Part shown: one piece after another, positions 12,764 to 24,484 of the stretch
Layout of the letters: the number at the start of each line of letters is the position of its first letter
How positions within the stretch are numbered: the stretch's first letter is position 1
Assembly (NCBI GenBank): GCA_951406725.2
Contig: OX597841.1
Location: forward strand, 19,220,001-19,284,000
DNA length: 64,000 bases
Reading direction: 5' to 3'
Source of the DNA: Octopus vulgaris
Taxonomy: Eukaryota
Notes under the pieces: model-generated
What the model was told of the DNA's origin: nothing
What the model saw: the letters and a program-made list of their open reading frames with translations, nothing else
Database searches by the model: none
Translations under genes and position numbers: made by a program

Positions 12764-12805
<42 letters not shown>

Positions 12806-12808
12806 CAT

Positions 12809-12860
<52 letters not shown>

Positions 12861-12871
12861 ATGTATATATG

Positions 12872-12916
<45 letters not shown>

Positions 12917-13169
12917 GTATGTATATATATATCTTTCATCTTCCACTTGCTTCAGTCATTTGATTGTGGCCATGCTGGGGCACCACCTTGAAGAGTTTTT
13001 AGTCACAAGAATGAAACCCAGTATTTATTTTTGTTAAGCCCAGTACTTATTCTGTCAGTTTCTTTTGGTGAACCACTAAGTTACGGGGTCATAAACAAAC
13101 CAACACCAATTGCCAAGTGGTGGTGGAGAGCAAACAGAGACACATCATGCACACATGTATATCATCATC

Positions 13170-13600
13170 ATCATCATCATCATCATAATCATCATCATCA
13201 TCATCGTTTAACGTCTGCCTTCTATGCTAGCATGGGTTGGACGATTTTGACTGAGGGCTGGCAACCAGATGGTTGCACCAGGCTCCAGTCTTGATCTGGC
13301 AGAGTTTCTACAGCTGGATGCCCTTCCTAATGCCAACCACTCCGAGAGTGTAGTGGGTGCTTTTACATGCCAATCAGCATGGGGGCCAGTCAGGTGGTAT
13401 TAGCAACGACCTCGCTCGAATCCTTTTACACATGCCACCAGCACAGGTGTCAGTAAGGCGACGTTGGTAACGATCAAACTCGAATGGTGCCCTTTTACGT
13501 GCCACAAGTACAGAGCCAGTTGGTTGCTCTGTCAACGATCTCCTTCGTATGGTGCGATTTTGGTGCTCTTTGCACTCCGCTAGCACAGATGCCAGTTGGC
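13170..13600 (-). mobile_element. RTE-like LINE 3'UTR fragment (same family as 3911-5385)
   Basis: (CAT)n tail and cgtttaacgtc...gcccttcctaa...gtgggtgcttttt. Further copies at 12280-12550(+), 15710-16037(+), 21730-22108(+), 26400-26925(+), 34785-35030(+), 60823-61260(-). Confidence 0.85.
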
Positions 13601-13665
<65 letters not shown>

Positions 13666-13669
13666 TATA

Positions 13670-13831
<162 letters not shown>

Positions 13832-14230
13832 GGTGCAGGAGTGGTAATAGCTTGCTTACCAACCACATGGTTCCGGGTTCACTCCCACTGTGTGGCATCT
13901 TGGGCAAGTGTCTTCTACTGTAGCCTCGGGCCGACCAAAGCCTTGTGAGTGGATTTGGTCGACGGAAACTGAAAGAAGCCTGTTGTATATATGTATATAT
14001 ATATATATATTTGTGTTTGCGTGTATGTTTGAGTTTGTCCACCTTGCATTGCTTGACAACCGATGCTGGTGTGTTTATGCCCCCGTCACTTAGCGGTGAT
14101 AGAATAAGAGACCGATAGAATAAGTACTGGGCTTACAAAGAATAAGTTCCAGGGTCGAGTTGCTTGACAAAAGGCGGTGCTCCAGCATGGCCGCAGTCAA
14201 CTGACTGAAACAAGTAAAAGAGTAAAAAGA
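13832..14230 (+). mobile_element. tRNA-derived SINE, family A (ggcgcaggagtggctgtgtggtaag...gaaacaagtaaaagag)
   Basis: A-box-like head (family consensus TGGCTGTGTGG), B-box-like GGTTCA(C/G)TCCC, internal (TA)/(GT) tract and (GAGTAAAA)n tail. About 25 full or partial copies in the window. Confidence 0.9.
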
Positions 14231-14756
14231 GAGTATATATATATACATGATGGGCTTCTTACTGTTTCCATCTCCAGCCGAAATATAATAAAAGACACTT
14301 GACCAAGCTGCCATGCATTGGAACTGAACCCGGAACCATATAGTTGGGAAGCAAGCTTCTTACCACACTGCCATGCCTTTTCCTATACACAACAGAGTCT
14401 GAACATCTTGAGAGAAAAGCTGAGGCTAAGAGACATCAGGTGTAGGTATGGTCATGTGATGTGTATGGATGAGGGCAGCTGTGTGAAGAAGGGTCCCTGT
14501 GGAGGGAAATTGTGGTAGAGGTAGGTCCAGGAAGACATGGGATGAGGTGATGAAGAATGACCTTTGAATGCTGGGCCTCACGGAGGCAATGACAAGTGAC
14601 CAAGACCTTTGGGGGTTTGGTGTGCTTCAGAAGAAGACTCGTCGAGCCAAGTTAGGGTTAGGGTTAGGGTTAGGTAATTACCACCAGTACCAGTGTCTTG
14701 TAACTGGCACCCATGCCACTGACCCTTAAAAAAGACTGTTCAACCTGCCTTTCATG

Positions 14757-14809
<53 letters not shown>

Positions 14810-14811
<2 letters not shown>

Positions 14812-15063
14812 TCAAACATATAAGGGACGGCCATAATAGGACATCCGACTCACTAGAAAGAGCAGCCAAACTCTGGTAAATAAATCAATTAAATTCAGTT
14901 ATTTACAAAAGATTGCCGAAACTATGCATAGTCCAGAAAGGAGAGGGTAAACGTTTTTATTTCTCTTTCCATTTCAGAATTACAATTATTAGTGGTTTGG
15001 AGTTTGGCTGCTCTTTCTAGTGAGTCGGATGTCCTATTATGGCTGTCCCTTATATGTTTGAAT
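14810..15063. mobile_element. 64-bp inverted repeat pair flanking a spacer; probable Penelope-like fold-back terminus
   Basis: 14810-14873 is the reverse complement of 15000-15063 (1 mismatch). Spacer holds a half-hammerhead GAAAC-tatgcata-GTC (14918-14933). (TA)n flanks. Confidence 0.65.
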
Positions 15064-15156
15064 GGATAATACATAGTCTATTGACTATTTTTTCTTTTTC
15101 TCTTGACCGCTGGTGGCGGAGAATTTTTCTAGAATTTTTTGCTACCCTAAAATTTA

Positions 15157-15261
<105 letters not shown>

Positions 15262-15403
15262 CTAGATAGATAGATAGATAGATATTTTTATATTTCGGAA
15301 TGGTCATTTTGCCAGTTTAGCCAATAAAAACACACGCACTATATATTTGGTGTTACTTTGCTTCAGTGTTATTTATTTTTTACATTAATCTGAATTTTAT
15401 TAC

Positions 15404-15448
15404 GGCCAGAGTTCTTTCATCACACTCCTGTGACCTCATCAGTGGTCC
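15404..15448 (-). ncRNA. Degenerate hammerhead ribozyme in a Penelope-like terminus
   Basis: Minus strand ggacca-CUGAUGA-g-gucac(aggagu)gugau-GAAA-gaac-UC-uggcc. Stem III is damaged. Confidence 0.55.
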
Positions 15449-15667
15449 TTTGCTTTCTTCTTTCTTATTTGTGTGTCTCTCCTTACTAACGCTCAGCCAT
15501 TTTGTATTCTGTATTCCTATTGTATGTGTCTTTATTTGCGCATGCGTATACCTCTATGTGTGTCTATGTTTAGTTAGTGGGGGGGGGAATGGCCTGTAAT
15601 ATTTGTATCTCCTGTTTATACACGTTCGTGTAATTTGTTTTTGTTTATTTTGTTTTATATATATATA

Positions 15668-15711
<44 letters not shown>

Positions 15712-17027
15712 CTGGCTTCTGTGCCGGTGGCACATAAAAAGCACCATCCGAACGTGGCCGATGCCAGCGCCGCCTTGACTGGCTTCCGTGCCGGTGGCAC
15801 GTAAAAAGCACCAACCGATCATGGCCGATGCCAGACTCCCCTGGCACCGGTGCCGGTGGCACGTAAAAAGCACCTACGATACTCGCGGAGTGGTTGGTGT
15901 TAGGAAGGGCATCCAGCTGTAGAAACATTGCCAGATCAGACTGGGCCTGGTGCAGCTCCTGGCTTCCCAGACCCCAGTCGAACCATCCAACCCATGCTAG
16001 TGCGGAAAACGGACGTTAAACAATGATGATGATGATGATATATATATATATATATCTGTAAAATCCAATATGTGACAATTATTTAGTAGCCATGATGAAA
16101 TTCTGATTTTCGGATGTCGGGGCGGAAACCCATCCCTTTACTTTATATTATGATTAATAAAGAACCAGTCAAGTACTGGAGTAGATTTGTCATCATTGTT
16201 CTTCTTCTTCCTCTTCAACCACTTCTTTCTTTCTATGTGCAAGACATTGCCAGGGCTTACACAAGTAGAGAGAAAGGCTCCTCCAGATTTCAAATCTCTC
16301 CAAGTCATTCTATATCTTATGTCAACTGGTTGACCTCTTTTGATTTTAAATACAGCCAGAGAGGTCAGATCTTCTGATGCTGTTTTTCAACTTATTTTCC
16401 ATCAATGTAGACCCAGAGTTTATTTACATGCCTCCTCTTCATCTATTTCCTCCCTCTTTCATCGTTCTTCTGTTTGTTTATATTATCAAGTCTGCAACAA
16501 CTGTTGTAGTTGACGCTTCCACTTTTTTCAGCCGTTTAAGGCTCTGGTCTCAAAGACACCCATCCGGTCACTGCCACTGTGCTTCTGTTGTTGTTGTTGT
16601 TGTCAACACCAGCTCATTGGCCATTCCCAGCATCAGCTCTGCCACTATAAATCCGTATGGAGTCAGGATCTTTTGGTTTGTGAATCTGTGGTGTATATAT
16701 ATATATATATACATACACACAGGAGTGGCTGTGTGGTAAGAAGCTTACTTCCCAACCACATAGTTCCGGGTTCAGTTCCACTGCGTGATACTTTGAGCAA
16801 GTGTTTACTATTATAGCCTCAGGCCAACCAAAGACTTGTGAGAGGATTTGGTAAAGGGAAATGAAAGAAACCTGATATCATCATCATCATCGTTTAATGT
16901 CCGCTTTCCATGCTGTCATGGGTTCAGGATCTTTCTTTTGGTTTGTGAATCTGTTCTCTGTGGTATTAAATGCCTTTGTTGTAGACCCCTGTTGTCTGTT
17001 ATGACATGTGTATATGTATATAGATAA

Positions 17028-17212
17028 GTTTTTGCCAGATAAGGACCAGAAGTTCTGTGAGCATAGAATCATGAATTTGCCAGAAAGATGGCAAAGGGTC
17101 ATCAAACGGAATGGAAAATATAGAATTGATTAAAGTTCATTCTTTGTATGAAAACAAAAATTACTTTTATTTCAGGCTAAAAAACTGAAATTACTTCCTT
17201 GCCAACTCAATA
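17028..17212 (+). mobile_element. Mariner transposase 3' end plus TIR
   Basis: DKDQKFCEHRIMNLPERWQRVIKRNGKYRID*-like mariner C-terminus, ending ttgccaactcaa-TA. Confidence 0.75.
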
Positions 17213-17216
17213 TATA

Positions 17217-17468
17217 TTGGGTTGGCACATAATTATTGCGGGGTTTTTTTCAACAAATTTTATGCAACAAAAACGATAAGAATATTTAACAAAAACATCT
17301 TTGAATGATTATTCTGACCGTCTGCCAAGCAAATGGGAAGCAGTAATTGAAGGAGATGGTGAATATGCTCCGGAATAATCATTTAAAGATGTTTTTGTGA
17401 AATGTTGTTATTGTTTTTGTTGAATAAAATTTATTGAAAAGAGCCGCAATAATTATGCACCAATCCAA
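17217..17468. mobile_element. Mariner-derived MITE with long imperfect TIRs and TA flanks
   Basis: TA-ttgggttggcacataattattgcgg...ccgcaataattatgcaccaatccaa-TA. Internal DRLPSKWEAVIEGDGEYAPE*. Confidence 0.85.
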
Positions 17469-17477
17469 TATATATAA

Positions 17478-17849
17478 CTAGCAGTATCGCCCGGCGTTGC
17501 TCGGGTTTGTAAGGGAAATAACTATATAAGCATTTTTAGAGATGTAAAGTATAATAGCCATCTCAATATGGCTAACCACAAAGGGGGTGGGGTGTTACTG
17601 TAGCTTTTTACGTTCTGAGATTTAATAACAAATTTTTAGAGAGTCACTTCCCTTATATATGCCAAAAATGCATTAAAAATGGGAAAAATTGATGGTAAAT
17701 TTTTTTTTAAATCGTAGACTCATCGTAGACATGCGCTAATACCCAGAAGGGCTCGATATGAATCACGACTATAAGATACCCGGTTTTGGTTAGGAATCTA
17801 AATCGTAGGAGACAGACAGCACACAACCTCACTTTTATATATATATAGA
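17478..17849 (-). mobile_element. Non-autonomous Helitron
   Basis: Minus strand starts A|TCTATATATAT and ends with hairpin cccgagcaacgccggg then CTAG|T, i.e. insertion between A and T. Confidence 0.8.
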
Positions 17850-18238
17850 TATTCCCATCCATAAAGGGTTCAGCTTTATGGCATATCATCAGATTCCAAA
17901 AACCTGTTGGCCCATGACCTCTTCAAAATATGGAAAGGGGAAAAGTCTCACTACTCCAAGGTAACAATCAGGGATTATCTTTCCTCTTGTGCTGCCATCT
18001 TGTGGGCTCCAAAACACCCTCCTCAAACGTAAACATGGCCCAAATCTCTTCATTCTGGAGTTAAGGATTTTTGCTGGTTCAAGCAAGTCTTTTAGAATTC
18101 TCACATATTCAACCATGCATAACTTGCAACACTTTATACCATTGATGTAAGGGGCCTGCTAATGTTACGCAAACACACCAGCACTGGTTGTGAAACAGTG
18201 GGGAACAAACACAGAAACGAAGACACACACACACACAC

Positions 18239-18275
<37 letters not shown>

Positions 18276-18351
18276 AAAAGAAATGGAGTAATAATTAACA
18301 ATGAGAAGTTGATCATTGGTATTAAAAAGTCATTGTTTAATTGTAGTTCAG

Positions 18352-18436
18352 AACCATTTACAGCTGTTTCTGTTTAGCAAATCGAGGTAAATTTGCATTT
18401 ATCTCGTTCAATTTAACAAACATCATCAGAATGATT
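18352..18436 (-). ncRNA. Type I hammerhead ribozyme with long stem II
   Basis: aaucauu-CUGAUGA-[about 52-nt hairpin capped by GCAA]-GAAA-c(agcu)g-UA-aaugguu. Stem I is 7 bp; stem III is palindromic CAGCUG. Confidence 0.85.
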
Positions 18437-19144
18437 TAGAGAAATATAAATAGGAGAAAAGGGAAAAGAAAAGAAAAGGAAAAAGTTTGTTAAGTCTTAG
18501 TAACTTTTTGTGAATTCTTAATAAAGGTATAGTAGAAGACACTTGCCTGGGGTGCCATGCAGTGGGAGTGAACCCAGAACCATGTGGTTAGGAGGGCAAG
18601 CTTCTTACCAAACAGCCAAGTCAACCCAAGCCTGCACAGCCACAACTTCACCTGCACCTGTACATCCATGCCTGCACCTTCACAGCCACACCTGCACCTG
18701 TACAGCCATGCCTATGCCTACACAGGGAATGATTATGTAACTTCATGCCATATTAAAAAAACCTGCACACCTGGCAACCATGTAGAAGAATTTACTTATT
18801 TCCAAAGTAAAACATCCGGACAGATAGACAATACAAAGGTGGAGAGAAAAAACAATAATTAGAGTGACAGAAAAGGAGAGGTCATTCGTGATGTTCTTTC
18901 GTCAGTCAAGTTACCAGATGTTCTTACGGTTTCGGGCAGTTACATTTGAGATTGTTCGATCTGGTTACTCCCAAAAAGTCTAAGCTAAGAGCATTAGATT
19001 TTTTGTAAGAAAGCAAGCAAATATTTATGACAACAAAGACAAAAAACCGGAGAACATGTTACACACTTACAAATACAAACAAAAGAATATAACAGCAGGT
19101 GTCTTTCAACTGAGGATGAATCAAATTGAGTTGGCGGATATACT

Positions 19145-19552
19145 CTTTACTCTTTTACTCTTTTACTTGTTTCAGTCATTTGACTGTGGCCATGCTGGAG
19201 CACAGCCTTTAGTCGAGCAAATCGACCCCAGGACCTATTCTTTGTAAGCCTAGTACTTATTCTATCAGCCTCTTTGCCGAACCGCTAAGTTACGGGGACG
19301 TAAACACACCAGCATCGGTTGTCAAGCGATGTTGGGAGGGACAAACACAGACACACAAACACACACACATATATATATACATATACATATATACGACAGG
19401 CTTCTTTCAGTTTCCGTCTACCAAATCCACTCACAAGGCTTTGGTCGGCCCGAGGCTATAGCAGAAGACACTTGCCCAAAGTCCCACGCAGTGGGAGTGA
19501 ACCCAGAACCATGTAGTTGGTAAACAAGCTACTTACCACACAGCCACTCCTA
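19145..19552 (-). mobile_element. SINE family A, full length
   Basis: Reverse complement of family A from head to tail. Confidence 0.9.
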
Positions 19553-19880
19553 TATATATATATATATATTTGTTTTAAATTAAACCTTTTTTATTTTTGG
19601 TAAATATACTCCTTCTCACACACACAGACTCACACGGTGCCGAGGAGAAAGAAGTAAGGTACCAGGTGGTCGGTTGCAGGACGCGCCTGATATATACACA
19701 CAGGACACACATATACACATGTATGTATACAGCCCTCTCCTCATCACAGTTTGTGCCTGATACTTTCCCGCAACACCGGTCTGTTGTTGCTCCGAAAGAC
19801 GAAAATCATTGGAAATGGTTTTCACTGATTTGTCAGAAATCTTGTCGATGATGCTGAACGCACTCAATATTTCCAACAGA

Positions 19881-20100
19881 GGGCTGCGAGCTGGAAGAAT
19901 CGTTAGCACGCCGGGCGAAATGTGTAGCCGTATTTCGTCTGCCATTACGTTCTGAGTTCAAATTCCACCGAGGTCAACTTTCCCTTTCATCCTTTCGGGG
20001 TCGATAAATTAAGTAACAGTTACGCACTGGGGTCGATATAATCGACTTAATCCATTTGTTTGTCCCCTCTGTGTTTAGCCCCTTGTGGGTAGTAAAAAAA
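19881..20100 (+). mobile_element. SINE family B with probable 15-bp TSD
   Basis: Flanks aatatttccaacaga (19866-19880) and aatattcccaagaga (20103-20117) are 13/15 identical. Confidence 0.85.
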
Positions 20101-20419
20101 CAAATATTCCCAAGAGAGTCAGAGCGTCTGGAGTGTTTTCTTCTTTTGCCCATGAAAGACACATTCCCACCAAAAACCAGGAATTCTTTTCTGATCTGAA
20201 ACACAAAGGACCTGGCAACACTGAAGAAGGGGACAATCACAGAATCACTGAAGTCGGTGCCTGATGCGATGAGAACGGCTTGCTTTTTCATCATTTTCGT
20301 TAGATACAAAGCTTCCTTGTTGAGGCTGTTCAAAAGAGAGGATATTTAAAGCTTGACCATTCATGGGTCTTAAAAGTCTTGTTCTCAATAGCTGATGCAC
20401 CATATACTTACATACATAT

Positions 20420-20470
<51 letters not shown>

Positions 20471-21183
20471 TACATTGTAGCCGTGAGGCTTCATGCTGTT
20501 ATATATGCATAATTCTTTGTCTGGTGTATTTATATAATGTCTTGTTTGTTTCTGCCTCAATACACATTTGCTAGATTTTTCCCTGTAGCTTAATAAAAAG
20601 CACTGGCACCTGCAAAATTGAGCAGTACCAACGGTAATTGGCACGAAACTGCTAGGATATTTTGCGTCCTTGACTGACGAGGAAAACTCAGCTACAAACA
20701 TTCCGTGCATCGTGTCTCTATTTATATTTCCTGTCCGTTAAGATTTCGTCTAGTTTCCCGTTGGCTCTGCTTTCGTCTAACGTCTCGTTATGGCTATTCT
20801 TTCTGTGCAAACCTTGATAATGTATCAAGGGTTGCATGCATACATGACGGCTGCAAACTCATGTGCGAGTATTGCCATCACCTGATCAAAAGTCCCACAC
20901 ATGTTGTCATAAACATGTTGCTTGCTTTCTTACAAAATATCTAACGTCTTAGTTCTTTTTTTCTCAAGCGATGCCTGTGTATAATGAGTTTTTTTTTATT
21001 ATAGTGGGGAAAGGATTTGTATAAATCCAACCCCACTCATTCAACATGGACAACATAAACTCGTAAAGAAGATTTAGCCTACATCATGGAATATTGTCAG
21101 TGTTGCAGGTTTTCTCTCAGTTTCCCCTCTCCTTAAGATAAACTGTGAGTACAATATAGGGGCCTCCGCCTCCCAGTGCCTGT

Positions 21184-21252
<69 letters not shown>

Positions 21253-21372
21253 ATTTTATAGAAGGAGTTCTACAGGACTAGAACTGTTTCATTCAAATGA
21301 AATCATCAGGAAGCCTGATGATTTCATTTGAATGAAACAGTTCTAGTCCTGTAGAAGCTCCTTCTATAAAAT
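21253..21372. mobile_element. Near-perfect palindrome (about 58-bp arms, 3-nt loop) with a hammerhead core on each strand; Penelope-like fold-back
   Basis: ...aatcatcagg-aag-cctgatgatt.... Core CUGAUGA-uuucauuugaau-GAAA-cag(uucuaguc)cug-UA-gaag. Flanked by (TA)n. Confidence 0.8.
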
Positions 21373-22371
21373 AAATTAATTTACTCTGCTATGTATTGAG
21401 TACCTTATTTACTGTGGTTAACCCCGAATTAACCCGGGACCTACATATATATATAGTGGTGGTGACACCCTTCGGTCAGACACTGACCATGAGTTTGCAC
21501 CTAGAGAGTTACCCTCTGAGGCACAAGTCTGGGCAAGGTTGTTTTATGGAAGATCAGCAGTCGCCCATGCATACCGGCCTCCCTCTCCACGTCACCGATG
21601 TTGTCCAAGGGAAAGGCAAGGGCCGATACAGCTTGGCACCTGTGACGTCGCAACTCATTTCTACAGTTGAGTGAACTGGAGCAACGTGAAATAAAGTATA
21701 TATTTATATATATATGGAAATATATATATCATTGCCAGAGCAGCCAACTGGCTTCCGTGCCAGTGGCACGTAAAAGGGCACCATTCGAGCATAATCGTTA
21801 CCAAAGTCGCCGGGCACCATTCGAGTGTGATTGTTACCAAAGTCGCCTTACTGGCACCTGAGCTGGTGGCACATGTAAAAGGATTCGAGCGAGGTTGTTG
21901 CCAGTATCGCCTGACTGGCCCTCGTGCCAGTGGCATGTAAAAAGCACCCACTACACTCTCGGAGTGGTTGGCGTTAGGAAGGGTATCCAGCTATAGAAAC
22001 TCTGCCAAATCAAGACTGGAGCCTGGTGCAACCATCTGGTTCGCCAGCCCTTAGTCAAAATCGTCCAACCCATGCTAGCATGGAACGCGGACATTAAACG
22101 ATGATGATATATATATATTTATTTATTGCCCACAAGGGGCTACACATAGAGGGGACAAACAAGGACAGACAAACGGATTAAGTCGATTACATCGCCCCCA
22201 GTGCGAAACTGGTACTTAATTTATCGACCCTGAAAGGATGAAAGGCAAAGTCAACCTCGGCAGAATTTGAACTCATAACGTAACAACAGACGAAATTACG
22301 CTAAGCATTTTACCCAGCGTGCTAACGTGTCTGCCAGCTACATATATATATATATATATATATATACACAT

Positions 22372-22590
22372 GTGAGGTAGAGTGTTGGAAAGTTCCTGAC
22401 TCGGGGTAAAAGAAAATCCCGGAGGATCGGTGAATTATGATTTTATTCAACATCTTTCCCTCTCAGGTTCACACACTTATTGCAGTGGTCCTTCAGTTTT
22501 TCTAAACCCTGTAAAAGAACTCAGAAGGTTGGGCCTCCAACCAGACCCTTCCTGATACCCTCAGGCCAGGAACTCTCCTGCACCCCTCGC
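22372..22590. mobile_element. Mariner-derived MITE (second copy 44437-44652)
   Basis: Imperfect TIRs (aaagttcctg / caggaact). Minus strand encodes a mariner C-terminus FLQGLEKLKDHCNKCVNLRGKDVE*. Confidence 0.75.
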
Positions 22591-22984
22591 ATATATGTGT
22601 ATGTGTGTGTGTATTATGCACATATATCTATCTGTGGATACACACACATACACATACTCTTTTACCTGTTTCAGTCATTTGATTGTGGCCATGCTGGAGC
22701 ACCACCTTTGGTCGAGCAAATCGATCCCAGGACTTATTCTTTATAAGCCTAGAACTTATACTATCAGTAACTTTTGCCGAACTGCTAAGTTACAGGGACA
22801 GACACAAACACACAAACACACAAACACATACATATATATACGATAGGCTTCTTTCAGTTTCCGCCTACCAGATCCCCTCACAAAGGCTTTGGTTGGCCCG
22901 AAGCTATAGCAGAAGGCGCAGTGGGACTGAACCCGGAATTCTTTAGGAGTATTGTATACATCTAATAATATACATATATATGTA

Positions 22985-22985
22985 C

Positions 22986-23023
<38 letters not shown>

Positions 23024-23092
23024 TAAGAAGGAAAGAAAGAAGGAAAAAGGGAAAGAAAGAAAGAAAGAAGGAAAAAGGGAAAGAAAGAAGGA

Positions 23093-23123
<31 letters not shown>

Positions 23124-23480
23124 GAAGAAGGAAGGAAGGAAGGAAGGAAGGAAAGAAACAAAGAAGGAAGGAAGGAAAAAAAGAAAGAAGGAAAGAAAAG
23201 AAAGAAAAAAAGAAAGAAAGAAGGAAGGAAAAAAAGAAAGGAAAGAAGGAAAGAAAGAAAGAAGGAAAGAAAGAAGGAAGGAAAAAAGAAAGAAAGAAAG
23301 GAAAGAAAGAAAGAAAGGAAAGAGGGAAAGAAAGGAAGAAGGAAAGAAAGAAGGAAAGAGGGAAAGAAAGAAAGAGGGAAAGAAAGGAAGAAGGAAAGAA
23401 AGAAGGAAAGAAAGAAAGAAAGAGAGAAGGAAAGAGGGAAAGAAAGGAAAAGGAAAAAGAGAGAGAGGATGAAAGAGAGA
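22985..23480. repeat. Polypurine (GAAA/GGAA)n tract
   Basis: Seen directly; explains the K/E/R- and F/L/S-rich ORFs. Confidence 0.95.
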
Positions 23481-23629
23481 AACGGTTAGACATGTCTGCA
23501 CTTTTATGAATGTGTGTGTATATTAATCCATGTAGAGTACGCTAAGTGATGTATATGCATACGCACACACACATGTATATGCATGTACGTACACATGTAT
23601 GTTTACTCTCACGTGCATGTTGTTTGCAA

Positions 23630-24086
23630 CGCGCGCGCGCGCGTCAGTTTGCGTGTATGTGCGTGCGTGTGAGCATGAATACGTGCGTGCATGTTTGCGT
23701 GTGTGCGTGTATGTGTGTGTGCGTGGCGTGTGTGTGTGTGTGCGTGGCATGTGTGTGCGTGGCATGTGTGCGCGTGTGCGTGGCGTGTGTGTGTGCTTGG
23801 CGTGTGTGCGCGTACGCATGTGTGTGCGTGTGTGTATATTTGTGTGCGTGGCGTTTGTGTGTGTGGCGTGTATGTGTGTGTGTGCTTGTGTGTGTATGTG
23901 TGCGTAGCGTGTGTGTGTGTGCGTAGCGTGTGTGTGCGTAGCGTGTGTGTGTGTGCGTGTATGTGTGTGTGTGCTTGTGTGTGTATGTGTGCGTAGCGTG
24001 TGTGTGTGTGCGTGTATGTGTGTGTGCGTGCGTGGCGTGTGTATGCGTGTATGTATGTGTGTGTGTGTGTGTGTGCGTGTGTGCGC
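23630..24086. repeat. Alternating purine-pyrimidine (GT/GC)n tract
   Basis: Seen directly; includes (GC)n. Confidence 0.9.
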
Positions 24087-24204
24087 GAATGTCAACGCAC
24101 ATGGCAAGTCGTAGTTACGCGCTCGGCGACGAACTTACACGGAATCTGACGGCTTCACACGACGTCTGACGGACAACTCTTATGCTTATGAGCAACGACT
24201 AGTA

Positions 24205-24222
24205 TGACGTCAGGTGACGTCA
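24205..24222. promoter_or_regulatory. Two perfect CRE palindromes (TGACGTCA-gg-TGACGTCA) in a CpG-rich unique island
   Basis: Sites at 24205-24212 and 24215-24222, a 10-bp period. Minus-strand donor GTAAGT at 24138-24133 nearby. Confidence 0.6.
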
Positions 24223-24484
24223 TCGCCCGCTTGATTCGCTGTCATTTTCCAACAGTTGGCCCTTTAACCCCAGGTTAGACCTACCTGGTCGGTTAAACCT
24301 ATGATCAAAAGCGCTCCAGCACAGATCTCCTCGATTTTTTCTTTTTTAGTGTCTCGGAGACTACACACTAACATATGTCCGTCCTCGACGATCGACATCA
24401 TTCAGTGGGAAATTTGGCAGCTATTTCCAGCAATCTGAAGACTGCGTAGAGGATCCCGTGATAATTGCAGGGGGGAAGGTGGTT

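Noticed and set aside
13832-13905. tRNA genes at SINE heads
   Set aside because: A/B boxes are present, but they continue into SINE bodies and no complete cloverleaf could be folded.
16180-16690. Unique-looking segment as a coding exon
   Set aside because: No convincing splice sites, and I recognise no protein in the short ORFs.
18890-18965. Possible hammerhead on the minus strand (CTGACGA and GAAAC-C-GTA)
   Set aside because: The motifs are in the wrong order or incomplete for a type I fold; probably a decayed PLE terminus.
20670-20700. CTGACGAG motif
   Set aside because: No stem II followed by GAAA, stem III and UH.
22756-23501. K/E/R-rich and F/S/L-rich ORFs
   Set aside because: Product of the (GAAA)n tract.
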